Assembly: GCF_050920415.1 (NCBI RefSeq)
Contig: NZ_CP169309.1
Reading direction: 5' to 3' (one strand)
Source: Escherichia coli
GTDB taxonomy: Bacteria > Pseudomonadota > Gammaproteobacteria > Enterobacterales > Enterobacteriaceae
Length of the DNA stretch: 64,000 nt
The position numbers were made by a program, and so were the translations under genes. Shown one piece after another: positions 20,354 to 29,656 of this stretch. The first letter of the stretch is position 1. Each line of letters begins with the position of its first letter. The notes under the pieces were generated by a model, which searched no databases, was not told where the DNA came from, and saw only the letters and a program-made list of their open reading frames with translations.

Positions 20354-20440
20354 CGCGAATACCTTCCCCATAGCGGAAACGGATTTTCCGCCTGATTTCC
20401 AATCCTTTGTTTTTGATTAAAAAAATTCCCGGCACGCTTA

Positions 20441-21409
20441 TTGCACATCCTGCACAGCATTAAAGACTGGAAGCCACCTATGAGTTTTATTGAATGTTAC
20501 GAACCGGAATATGCGCGCAATTTTATGGCGCAATATCCCGATTCGCCTTTATACGTCCGCAAGGTGTGGAAGAATGAGATTCGCCAGAGCCTGGCATTGA
20601 CCGATATTGCCAGTTGCAAAGCAGTGCTCAACAATGCCAGGGCCTTTGAATTACAGCTTACCTATCGCCCTGTGGAAGAAAATGCCGCAGCGCTATCTGC
20701 GCGCGATGCGATAGTAAACCAGATAATTTTGAGCACCCTCACGCTCCCGGATTTAACCCCAGAGCTTTCACTGTATGCCGTCGGGATTTTGCTCTCCCGC
20801 GCCAGTAAAATGCCGGGCAGAGACGGCGACACTCTCGCCCGGCTGACAGCACTGCCGCAGGCGCTGGCCGATCACGCACAAAAAGGCACGTTACAGGCAC
20901 AGTTCGCACAGCTACCGCCTGTGCCACAGCTGGCGCGCCAACTGGTGACGCTGCTCGGGAGTTTTGCGTTTGACTGGTCGATTCTGCCGAAAAGCCCGCG
21001 CAAAGCCTCACTGCCGTTGCAGGTTACCTTGCTGACGCTGCACGACGCCAACAGCGAAGCCCTGTTGCAGCAGCAGCTTCAGACACAGTGGCAAACTACC
21101 TGGCAACAGCATTTTGCCACCGCGCCGTGGATGATGCGTAACTGGCTAATTTACCGGGTTTATCACGATGTGATTGGCCAGGCAGACGGGGCGGATTATT
21201 TCCCGCTGGTGTGCGATTTTTACCTCATCCGCACGTTAATCAGTTTATGGACGCTGGATGATTCACCGCTGCGGCAGGAGGATATTTTCGCCCTCTTCGC
21301 GGTGTTTGAACGCTGGCGAACCAGTGAAAATGCCGTGCTGATTCGCCAGCAAATTCAGTCATTATGTGCCGCCGACCCGCTGCTTTCAGCGTTTTCGTTG
21401 CTGACGTGA
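20441..21409 (+). CDS. Hypothetical protein (GC-typical), function unknown
   Basis: 322-aa ORF downstream of flgN (alternative start 20480, MSFIECYEP…); no motif I can assign. Confidence 0.5.
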   Translation: MHILHSIKDWKPPMSFIECYEPEYARNFMAQYPDSPLYVRKVWKNEIRQSLALTDIASCKAVLNNARAFELQLTYRPVEENAAALSARDAIVNQIILSTLTLPDLTPELSLYAVGILLSRASKMPGRDGDTLARLTALPQALADHAQKGTLQAQFAQLPPVPQLARQLVTLLGSFAFDWSILPKSPRKASLPLQVTLLTLHDANSEALLQQQLQTQWQTTWQQHFATAPWMMRNWLIYRVYHDVIGQADGADYFPLVCDFYLIRTLISLWTLDDSPLRQEDIFALFAVFERWRTSENAVLIRQQIQSLCAADPLLSAFSLLT

Positions 21410-21428
21410 GTCGCTCTGTGCGCGCTTT

Positions 21429-21545
21429 GCCCTCACCCCGGCCCTCTCCCACAGGGAGAGGGAGAAACCCTGCGCCCAATTCAGCACCGCGCTCGATCGG
21501 TCCCCTCGCCCCTTCGGGGAGAGGGTTAGGGTGAGGGACATCAGC
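21429..21545 (-). repeat. Copy C (inverted) of the composite palindromic intergenic repeat
   Basis: gccctcaccccggccctctcccacagggagagggagaaa … ccttcggggagagggttagggtgaggg; reverse complement aligns with copies A and B. Confidence 0.8.
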
Positions 21546-21596
21546 GCGCGCATTCAGCACCTCCATCACATTCACCCACTAACTCACCCAAACACC

Positions 21597-24041
21597 ATGC
21601 CAACACCAAGCATCATCAAAACACTCGCCACCCACCGCGAAAAACCGTTCGTCAGCGTCGTCACGCCAACATGGAACCGCGGCGCATTCCTCCCGTACCT
21701 GCTCTATATGTACCGCTATCAGGACTACCCGGCAGACCGCCGCGAACTGGTCATCCTTGACGACTCGCCGCAAAGCCATCAACACATCATCGACCGCCTG
21801 ACCAATGGCACGCCGGAAGCCTTTAACATCCGCTACATCCATCACCCGGAAAAACTGCCGCTGGGAAAAAAACGCAATATGCTCAACGAACTGGCGAGCG
21901 GCGAATATATCCTCTGCATGGATGACGACGACTACTACCCGGCAGATAAAATCTCTTACACCATCGCCATGATGCAAAAACACCGGGCGCTGATCTCCGG
22001 TTCCGACCAGATCCCCATCTGGTACAGCCATATCAACCGCATCTTTCAAAGCCGCAGCTTTGGCCCGCGTAACATCCTCAACGGCACCTTTTGTTATCAC
22101 CGTAACTACCTGAAAAAGCACCGTTACAATGACGATTGCAATTTAGGCGAAGAGAAAAGTTTCACCGACAATTTCAGCGTAAACCCGCTGCAACTGCCCG
22201 GCGAGCGCACGATTTTGTGTATTTCGCATAGCCACAACACCTTTGATAAAGACTTTATTCTCGGGGCCAGCACGCCAGTAAACGCGGCGCTTACGGATAT
22301 CGTCACCGATCCGCTGCTCCGCAATGCTTATCTGAGTCTGCATAACGCCACGCATCACCAGGGGATCAACCATCAGGCGATCTATCAGATCGTTCTGCTG
22401 AATCTGGATAAACGCCCGGATCGTTTACGGCAGATCCGTGAAGAGCTGGCATTGCTGCATATTCCGCCTGAAAAAATTACCCGCCTTGCCGCCTGTGAAG
22501 ATGAAAACGGTCAACGGGGCCGCCGCCTGTCGCACTTGCAGGCGCTACGCCTGGCGCAACAGCACGGCTGGCAAAACTATCTGCTGCTGGAAGATGACGC
22601 GGTTATTCTCAAGCAGGAGAAACATATTCAGGTGCTGAACACGCTGCTGGCGAGCCTGGCGAAAATTCCCTGGCAGGTGATGATCCTCGGAGGCGAAATT
22701 TCGCAAGGAACAATGCTAAAAAGCCTGCCGGGGCTGGTGCACGCGCAGGACTGCCGCAAAGTGTGCGCTTATCTGGTGAACAGCCGGTACTACCCACAAC
22801 TGGCGCAGCAGATGAGTAACGATGAGCACTCGCTGGAAGACGGCTGGCAGCCACTGCTGCGTGCCGACAAATGGCTGGCCTGTTACCCGAGCCTTAGTTA
22901 TCAGCGACCGGGCTTTAGCGATATCGAGAAAAAAGCGACTGATAACATTAACCACTACTTCAATAAGTTACCCGTAGCCACCAAGCCATCTACATTACCT
23001 ATCGCCGACACCATCGGCTTTTTAATGGAAACCTCATTCCACTACGCGCTCTATCGCCCAATCATCACCGCTCTACAGGCGCAGGGGCAGAGCTGCACGC
23101 TGGTGATCAACGACCGCGTGTTTAAACCGTTTCTGGATGAAATGCTGGAGACGCTAAAAACCATCGACGATCCGCAGCTCAAAGGTATGCGCTTGTCTGA
23201 GATGCAGGCACACGGTCAGCGGGTGAAATGCCTGGTCAGCCCCTACCACACGCCCGCGCTCAATGGCCTGGCAGCGGTGAACATCCGCGCTATGTACGGC
23301 TTAGCCAAAGAAACGTGGAACCACGCCGACTGGAACCGTTTTTATCAGCGCATTTTGTGTTATAGCCACTACAGTCAGCAGGCGCTGGCGCATTTCGGCA
23401 GCGCAAAAGTGGTCGGCAATCCACGCTTCGACGCCTGGCATAACGGCACGTTCGACCGTGCGTTGCCGGAAAATATCCAACCAGATTACCGTAAACCTAC
23501 GGTGCTCTACGCCCCAACATTTGGCGCATTAAGCTCCCTGCCCCACTGGGCAGAAAAATTGGGCCGCTTAAGCGGTGATGTGAACCTGATTTGCAAACTG
23601 CACCACGGTACCTGCTCGCGCCCGGAAGAAGCCGCATCGCTGACCCTGGCACGCAGGCATTTAAAGCAGAGCACCGACTCCGCCCGTCACACGCTGGCGA
23701 TGCTGGCAAAAGCCGATTACGTGCTCACCGATAACAGCGGCTTTATTTTCGATGCTATCCACGTTGATAAGCGGGTGATCCTGCTCGACTTTCCGGGCAT
23801 GACGGAACTGCTCGACGGTGAGAAAAGTTATTCCACACCGGAGAGCGCCGACCAGCGAATCCGCGAAATATTACCGGTGGCTCATGATATGGCTGAGCTG
23901 CGTTACTTATTGTCAGAGGCGTTTGACTGGGGGGCGGTACAGGCGCGGCTTACGGAGATTCGCCATCACTATTGTGACGCGTTTATGGATGGCAAGGCGG
24001 GAGAACGGGCGGCGATGGTGGTTGTGGAGGCATTGGGGTAA
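21597..24041 (+). CDS. Large multidomain glycosyltransferase (GT2-like N-terminus, GT25-like centre, TagB/TagF-like C-terminus); candidate flagellin-modification enzyme
   Basis: N-terminus …VSVVTPTWNRGAFLPYLL…ILDDSP… (GT-A fold); central …LLNLDKRPDRL…LLEDDAVI… (GT25-like); C-terminus …YAPTFG…KLHH…VLTDNSGFIFDA… resembling CDP-glycerol glycerophosphotransferases. Start taken at ATG 21597; the ORF extends back to 21531 across repeat C. Confidence 0.65.
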   Translation: MPTPSIIKTLATHREKPFVSVVTPTWNRGAFLPYLLYMYRYQDYPADRRELVILDDSPQSHQHIIDRLTNGTPEAFNIRYIHHPEKLPLGKKRNMLNELASGEYILCMDDDDYYPADKISYTIAMMQKHRALISGSDQIPIWYSHINRIFQSRSFGPRNILNGTFCYHRNYLKKHRYNDDCNLGEEKSFTDNFSVNPLQLPGERTILCISHSHNTFDKDFILGASTPVNAALTDIVTDPLLRNAYLSLHNATHHQGINHQAIYQIVLLNLDKRPDRLRQIREELALLHIPPEKITRLAACEDENGQRGRRLSHLQALRLAQQHGWQNYLLLEDDAVILKQEKHIQVLNTLLASLAKIPWQVMILGGEISQGTMLKSLPGLVHAQDCRKVCAYLVNSRYYPQLAQQMSNDEHSLEDGWQPLLRADKWLACYPSLSYQRPGFSDIEKKATDNINHYFNKLPVATKPSTLPIADTIGFLMETSFHYALYRPIITALQAQGQSCTLVINDRVFKPFLDEMLETLKTIDDPQLKGMRLSEMQAHGQRVKCLVSPYHTPALNGLAAVNIRAMYGLAKETWNHADWNRFYQRILCYSHYSQQALAHFGSAKVVGNPRFDAWHNGTFDRALPENIQPDYRKPTVLYAPTFGALSSLPHWAEKLGRLSGDVNLICKLHHGTCSRPEEAASLTLARRHLKQSTDSARHTLAMLAKADYVLTDNSGFIFDAIHVDKRVILLDFPGMTELLDGEKSYSTPESADQRIREILPVAHDMAELRYLLSEAFDWGAVQARLTEIRHHYCDAFMDGKAGERAAMVVVEALG

Positions 24042-24049
24042 ACCGCAGA

Positions 24050-24152
<103 letters not shown>

Positions 24153-24367
24153 AACAGCGCACTTATCTACCCTTCGATTTTAAATACATCTCTTTATGGC
24201 TGGTGAATCGGTAAAGTCGTAGATTGTGGGGGAGCGATCTTTATGAATTCTGAAAAAACCCTGAATCTTGCTAAACATATTGCTTATCATAAATATAGGT
24301 TACACACTATAAAAATTACTGCGTAATTTAACATCTTGCCTAAAAATGATAGAGCGTAAACGATAAT

Positions 24368-25189
24368 ATGACTTCTGATAAAAAAGTAACTTCCGGTACG
24401 ACAAGCCAGAAACAAAACAACATTGTCACTCAAAAAATATCACGCCAGAAGGAATTGTTTCTATTATTTTGGGTTGATGAGTCCGATGATAGCCGACGTT
24501 CTATTTTTGAAGAAGCATGTCTGACGCGTTATTTCAATATCCTTTATTCCCCCGAGTATAAAAAAGAAACACAGATAGTTTATCATTTATCAATTAACAC
24601 ATTTAATCAAATCAAAGAAATATTAGAAATCTTTATAAACAAGAATGGAGGTAAAACTAAAGCAAAGGTTAAAGAAGTCAGTTTATTCTCACATGGGGGG
24701 CCAATTCATGGTCCTACAACCTCAAACTCTATAAATACACCTTCCGTGCCTAAATACCCACAACAAATGGACATATCCGGAGGATGGGATTCAATTGATT
24801 TTAACTGGTCAAACAATGCTATGTTTGTTATGTATGGTTGTCGCACTAGTTATGCAAGTGATGATTCAGGACAAGGTTTTGCCAGTAAATTATCCCTATT
24901 AGATAATTTTAAGGACGTGAATGTCTGGGGTCAAACAGAAAGTACTTATCCATCTTATTTCCCAGATATCAGGACAACGTCGATTATGAGGTCAATAAAT
25001 ATAGGTTGGTCTTTTTCACCAACATATATGGTTGCCAATTCTGAAGGTCAAGGATGGGATGCATTATTCCCGGATAATCGAAATCCATTAAAAGCTCTCC
25101 CTATGCAGTGTTATAATAATGGGACATTGATTTTAACCTGCGATCAAAGCAATTTTAATGATCACCGGAAGAATAAATCAAATGATTAG
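24368..25189 (+). CDS. Hypothetical protein with a caspase-like (clan CD peptidase-type) His…Cys dyad; AT-rich
   Basis: 273 aa; hydrophobic strand + SHG (VSLFSHGGP, His109) and, 49 residues later, hydrophobic strand + GC (AMFVMYGCRT, Cys158), the arrangement of caspase/CHAT-type catalytic dyads. Inferred by eye only. No signal peptide. Confidence 0.45.
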   Translation: MTSDKKVTSGTTSQKQNNIVTQKISRQKELFLLFWVDESDDSRRSIFEEACLTRYFNILYSPEYKKETQIVYHLSINTFNQIKEILEIFINKNGGKTKAKVKEVSLFSHGGPIHGPTTSNSINTPSVPKYPQQMDISGGWDSIDFNWSNNAMFVMYGCRTSYASDDSGQGFASKLSLLDNFKDVNVWGQTESTYPSYFPDIRTTSIMRSINIGWSFSPTYMVANSEGQGWDALFPDNRNPLKALPMQCYNNGTLILTCDQSNFNDHRKNKSND

Positions 25190-25721
25190 CATTGTATTGA
25201 GAAGCTTTATTTTATTATTCATAATAATAGTGTATCCGGATTATAATAAAAACCCACCTGCCTTTGAAGTATATGGGGAAAATGACATACTTAAGGATAT
25301 GGTTATTAATATGAAAACTTATAGATACCATAGTAAGGAAAACTCTTCCCCCACAGCTATAGTGCAAACCATCCTTTTTAAAGGAAATATACAGCAAGTT
25401 TTTGAAAGCAATGACATGGGTGGTGCGAGCTTCTTTTTTTCTTATAATAATAAGGTTGAAACGCTGGTAACAGACGCTTTCTTTTTAAATAAAAAATTAG
25501 ACAAACTGCATGATGCAAATATTTTTGAGGTTATAAAGCATAAGGAAAACATCGTTATTAGATATTACAAGTGCAAAATTGAATATATGCAAAGAGAAAA
25601 ATTTATCGAAATAGAGATATCAACAAACAAAAATAGTTATTTTAACAAGAATGGAATAAAACAAAAAGATACAAATAAATATAACACATATTTCTTCAAT
25701 TACTTTGAGTCTCAAAAATAA
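25158..25721 (+). CDS. Hypothetical small membrane-anchored protein, partner of the upstream gene; AT-rich
   Basis: 187 aa; N-terminal hydrophobic segment (ISIVLRSFILLFIIIVY), Lys/Asn-rich remainder; overlaps the upstream gene (alternative start 25182 gives an 8-nt overlap). Confidence 0.45.
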   Translation: MITGRINQMISIVLRSFILLFIIIVYPDYNKNPPAFEVYGENDILKDMVINMKTYRYHSKENSSPTAIVQTILFKGNIQQVFESNDMGGASFFFSYNNKVETLVTDAFFLNKKLDKLHDANIFEVIKHKENIVIRYYKCKIEYMQREKFIEIEISTNKNSYFNKNGIKQKDTNKYNTYFFNYFESQK

Positions 25722-25724
25722 ATT

Positions 25725-26129
25725 TTATTTTGTCATGCGCGCCCTCCTAATCACCTCAATAATCCCCGTCGTCGACACCGACGGCGTGCGGGGGAAATAG
25801 ACCACCTCACAAATATACGCGAAGCTATCAAACTTCCCTGCCCAGTCATCGCCCATCACCAAAACATCCGCACTGTACCCCCGCAGATATTCCGCTTTCT
25901 GCGCCAGCGATTCCTCGAGAAATACGCCATCCACGCACGCCAGCCCGGCGATAATCGCCATGCGGTCATCCTGAGGGTAAACCGGTGCCCTGCCCTTTTT
26001 GGCAATATTTAAGGCGTCGGACGACACGCCAACCAGCAGCCGTTCGCCCAGCGTGCGGGCGCGTTGTAAAAGGCGCAGATGACCGACATGAAACACATCG
26101 AAGGTGCCGAAGGTGATGACCGTTTTCAT
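25725..26129 (-). CDS. Cytidylyltransferase, TagD/glycerol-3-phosphate cytidylyltransferase-like
   Basis: Start at internal Met (MKTVITFGTFDVFHVGHLRLL…); HxGH nucleotidyltransferase motif; 134 aa; begins 3 nt after the fliJ stop. Confidence 0.75.
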   Translation of the reverse strand: MKTVITFGTFDVFHVGHLRLLQRARTLGERLLVGVSSDALNIAKKGRAPVYPQDDRMAIIAGLACVDGVFLEESLAQKAEYLRGYSADVLVMGDDWAGKFDSFAYICEVVYFPRTPSVSTTGIIEVIRRARMTK

Positions 26130-26131
26130 GG

Positions 26132-26566
26132 CTACTCCGCTAATTTGTGCCGTAGCCAGCACTGAACGGCGATGTCATCCACCGCTTTTTGCGCTTTCGC
26201 CGTGGCACTTTCTTGCTGCTCGCGGCGTTTGTCATCCAGCGTCAGGGCCACCACTTTCTCTTCGCATGCCGCCGCCGTCAGGTTTTTCTGCATTCGCGTA
26301 GCCTTGATGTTAGCCAGCGTTTTTTCCTGCTCCTGCCAGGCGATCACTTTGCGCAAGGTGCCTTTGTAGCCGCTGACGTTTTTCAGCGATTCCACCGACG
26401 CCGCCGCGCCCGCAGATGTTTTCTCCACCAGGTAGCCTAACGCTTTGATATTGTTGTCATAGCCCGCGCAAATCTGTTTTTGCTTTGCCAGCTCGACGGT
26501 TTTGTCTTTGACCGATTTATCCCGCAGGCGCTGCAATTGCGCGAGGGTGTCGATGATTTGTCGCAT
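26132..26566 (-). CDS. lfiJ: Flagellar export protein FliJ-like
   Basis: 144-aa coiled-coil protein immediately downstream of the FliI-like ATPase gene. Confidence 0.7.
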   Translation of the reverse strand: MRQIIDTLAQLQRLRDKSVKDKTVELAKQKQICAGYDNNIKALGYLVEKTSAGAAASVESLKNVSGYKGTLRKVIAWQEQEKTLANIKATRMQKNLTAAACEEKVVALTLDDKRREQQESATAKAQKAVDDIAVQCWLRHKLAE

Positions 26567-26568
26567 AG

Positions 26569-27906
26569 TTACTGTTCTGCCTTTTTGGCACCAGGAAAGA
26601 GGATTTGCAGGCGGCTTTGTACCAGTTCGAGGGAGGCGGGTTCGCGCATCTCCTGGCGTAAAAATCGCTCGATGGCCGGGAACATTTTCACCGCTTTGTC
26701 GACGCTGGCATCCGCGCCTGCCACGTAGCCACCGAGTGGGATCAGCGGTTTGATCTCCATATAGGCGGCGTAGTTTTGCTTTAACGCGCGAGCGGATTGC
26801 TGATGTTCCGGGCGGGTGACCTGGTTCATGCAGCGGCTGATCGACTGGCCGATATCGATGGCCGGATAGTGCCCCGCTTCCGCCAGTTTGCGGGTTAATA
26901 CGATATGCCCGTCCAGCACCGCGCGGGCGCAGTCGACGATGGGATCTTGCTGGTCGTCGCCTTCCGCCAGCACGGTGTAGATGGCAGTCATCGATCCCGC
27001 GCTTTCGCTGTTGCCTGCGCTTTCGACCAGTTTGGGGATCATGCCGAATGCCGACGGCGGATAGCCTTTGGTAGCGGGCGGTTCGCCAAGAGAGAGCGCA
27101 ATTTCACGCTGCGCCATCGCATAGCGGGTCAGGGAATCCACCAGCAGCAAAACGTGATGCCCGCGGTCGCGAAACCAGGCGGCGATGGAGTGACACAGTT
27201 CGGTGGCTTTCAGGCGCATCAGCGGCGATTCATCGGCGGGCGCGACGACGACGATAGACTTCGCCAGCCCGTCCGCGCCCAAGGAATGGTCGATAAACTC
27301 TTTCACTTCGCGCCCGCGTTCTCCTATCAGCCCAACCACCACAATATCGGCTTTAGTCTGGCGGGTGATCATCCCCAGCAGCACGCTTTTCCCGACGCCG
27401 CTACCCGCCATTAGCCCGACGCGCTGGCCTTTGCCGATGGTCAGCAGACCGTTGATCGCTTTCACACCCACGTCTAAGGGTTCGTCCACCGAACGGCGGG
27501 TTAAGGGATTGACCGAGGGCGGCAACGGCGGCAGAAGGTCGTTGCCGTTCAGGCGGCCTTTACCATCCAGCGGTTCGCCGAGGCCATTCACCACGCGGCC
27601 TAACCAGCTTTCGCCTATCAGGATGTCGTGGGCTTTTTCTTCCGGGAAGACACGCGCCCCCGCCATCAGGCCGACCGGCTGTTTAAACGGCATTAAATAG
27701 GTGATGTCACGATTAAAGCCCACGGCCTGCGCGTCAATTAGCGTGTGATTAGCGCTTTCGATGCGGCACAACTGCCCGGTCATTAATGGGCAGCCGACGC
27801 TCTCCAGCAGAATGCCGTTCAGGCGCACCAGCCGTCCGGCGACGCGAGCCAGCGGGATCGACTCCAGCGAACGCAGGGCGTTATCGAAAGCAGAAAAATC
27901 ACTCAC
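26569..27906 (-). CDS. lfiI: Flagellum-specific ATP synthase FliI-like
   Basis: 445 aa; Walker A (GLMAGSGVGKSVLLGMI) and F1/FliI-type ATPase core (…VLLLVDSLTRYAMAQREI…). Confidence 0.9.
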   Translation of the reverse strand: MSDFSAFDNALRSLESIPLARVAGRLVRLNGILLESVGCPLMTGQLCRIESANHTLIDAQAVGFNRDITYLMPFKQPVGLMAGARVFPEEKAHDILIGESWLGRVVNGLGEPLDGKGRLNGNDLLPPLPPSVNPLTRRSVDEPLDVGVKAINGLLTIGKGQRVGLMAGSGVGKSVLLGMITRQTKADIVVVGLIGERGREVKEFIDHSLGADGLAKSIVVVAPADESPLMRLKATELCHSIAAWFRDRGHHVLLLVDSLTRYAMAQREIALSLGEPPATKGYPPSAFGMIPKLVESAGNSESAGSMTAIYTVLAEGDDQQDPIVDCARAVLDGHIVLTRKLAEAGHYPAIDIGQSISRCMNQVTRPEHQQSARALKQNYAAYMEIKPLIPLGGYVAGADASVDKAVKMFPAIERFLRQEMREPASLELVQSRLQILFPGAKKAEQ

Positions 27907-28609
27907 TCTGCGTCTCCGGCGTCAGCGTCTCTTGCAGTGCGGTCATGCATTGTTCAAGGCGATGCTCGCAGCCGATGTCCAGTTCTGATTTATCGGTGAT
28001 CACCCGGCATTCCCCCGGCGGCAAATCCGGCGAAGGCGTCAGCCCCCATTCGCTGACCTTTTCCGGCACCGCGTCGCGCAGGCGGTTAAACTCTTCCGTG
28101 CTCAGCATCACTTGCAGGGTTTCCGGCATCGCCGGGAAGGCCGCCAGCGCCTCTTCCACCAGCGCCAGTAACTGCGTCGGTTGCAGCGCCAGTTCGCAGC
28201 GGATCACCTGGCGGGTGACTTTCTCCACCAGTTGCAGCAAATCTTCCCGCTGTTTACGTTCGATATGGGCGAGGAAGTCGTTCACTTTTCCAGTGATGGC
28301 TTCCAGCGGCTGCGCTGCCTCAACAAACTGCTTGCGCCCTTCCTGCTGCCCGGCGAGGCTGCCTTCGGTGTAGCCCTGACGTCGCCCCTCGGCAAAACCT
28401 TGCTGATGACCTTCGCTAAAGCCCTGCTCCTGACCCTCGGTCATGCCCTGAGCAAACCCTTTTTGCAGTCCTTCCTGAAAACCATCCATCAACTGGCGCT
28501 GGTAATCGGCGGCGCTAATGCTGGCAGTGAGCGGTTCTCCGGTCACCGCACGCTGACGCGGCGGGAAACGGTGCAGGCGATAGCGCCCGCGCAGTGTTTC
28601 AATGGTCAT
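27899..28609 (-). CDS. lfiH: Flagellar assembly protein FliH-like
   Basis: 236 aa; E/Q/G-rich repeat region (…GQEQGFSEGHQQGFAEGRRQGYTEG…) typical of FliH; overlaps the fliI start. Confidence 0.75.
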   Translation of the reverse strand: MTIETLRGRYRLHRFPPRQRAVTGEPLTASISAADYQRQLMDGFQEGLQKGFAQGMTEGQEQGFSEGHQQGFAEGRRQGYTEGSLAGQQEGRKQFVEAAQPLEAITGKVNDFLAHIERKQREDLLQLVEKVTRQVIRCELALQPTQLLALVEEALAAFPAMPETLQVMLSTEEFNRLRDAVPEKVSEWGLTPSPDLPPGECRVITDKSELDIGCEHRLEQCMTALQETLTPETQSE

Positions 28610-28612
28610 GGG

Positions 28613-29656
28613 TTACTCCGCCGTCTGTTCCGCAAAGAGCTGTAGCTGAAGTTCGCCCGCCTCTTCCAGTTCACGGGCGATACCCATGATTTCGCGGCGG
28701 ATCTGTTCGATACGGCTGACCGGCACCGGCCCCAGGCGCGCGGTAATTGCTTCCAGTTGCTGCACCTGACGTTTTGGCATCACCGCGTAAATGGAGCGAC
28801 GCAGCAGAGCTTCGGTGCCTTTCAGCGCCACCGCCCAGTCTTCCATTGGCACTTCGTCGAGCAGGCGACGGCGCACCTCTTCGTTCTGGCGGCTGAGAAT
28901 AAAGAAGTCGTACATCTCATCCTGGAGCTGCTCCAGCACGTCTTCGTCGCGCTCGCGCATCTGGTCGAGGATCACCTGCTGGTTTCCCTGGAAGCGGTTG
29001 ACAATATCCGCCGCCTGTTTGATGCCCTTCACCTTCGAGCCATGCTCTGAAAGCACCGACAGGCCGCGTTCGATCAGACGATCCAGTTCATCCACCACAT
29101 CGCGGTTGACGTCGTTGAGTTTTGCTACCCGGTAAAGAATTTCGTTTTGCACCGATTCGTTGAGATAAGAGAGCACCGCCGCCGAGATTTCCGGCGTCAG
29201 AAACGCGAGGAACACCGCCTGCAATTGCAGATGTTCTTCGGAGATCAGCATCGCCAGCTGGCGCGGTTCCACCCATTGCAGGCGCGCCATCCGCGAGCGG
29301 ATCTCATCGCCGTAGATGCCGTTGATCACGCTGCTGGCGATCTCGGTGCCCAACGCCTTGTTAAGAATGCCCTGCAACATGGAGCGCGACGCACCGTTGA
29401 TCCCGCTCTGTTCGCGGAACTCATCAAAGAAGTTATTGATCACCTTGCGCGCCATGCTGGTTTTGACGCCGGAAAGCCGCGCCATGTTTTCGCTCAGGCG
29501 CACTACTTCTTCGCGGCTGAGTTTTTGCATCACCGTTGCCGCTGCTTCTTCGCCCAGACACAGTAGCAGGATCGCCGCCTGTTCGAGGTAGCTGTTGCTC
29601 TTATTTATTGTCAATTCGCTCATTGCTGGTAATCCATTGTCTGAGAACTTCGGCAA
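28613..29656 (-). CDS. lfiG: Flagellar motor switch protein FliG-like
   Basis: 347 aa; FliG middle and C-terminal domain features (…MPKRQVQQLEAI…). Confidence 0.9.
   Translation of the reverse strand: MPKFSDNGLPAMSELTINKSNSYLEQAAILLLCLGEEAAATVMQKLSREEVVRLSENMARLSGVKTSMARKVINNFFDEFREQSGINGASRSMLQGILNKALGTEIASSVINGIYGDEIRSRMARLQWVEPRQLAMLISEEHLQLQAVFLAFLTPEISAAVLSYLNESVQNEILYRVAKLNDVNRDVVDELDRLIERGLSVLSEHGSKVKGIKQAADIVNRFQGNQQVILDQMRERDEDVLEQLQDEMYDFFILSRQNEEVRRRLLDEVPMEDWAVALKGTEALLRRSIYAVMPKRQVQQLEAITARLGPVPVSRIEQIRREIMGIARELEEAGELQLQLFAEQTAE

Noticed and set aside
9071-21545. Possible CRISPR array suggested by the recurring GC-rich palindromic repeats.
   Set aside because: There are only three copies, 2 kb and 10 kb apart with genes between them, one inverted, each ~120 bp and composite. 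There is no regular repeat-spacer periodicity and no cas genes.
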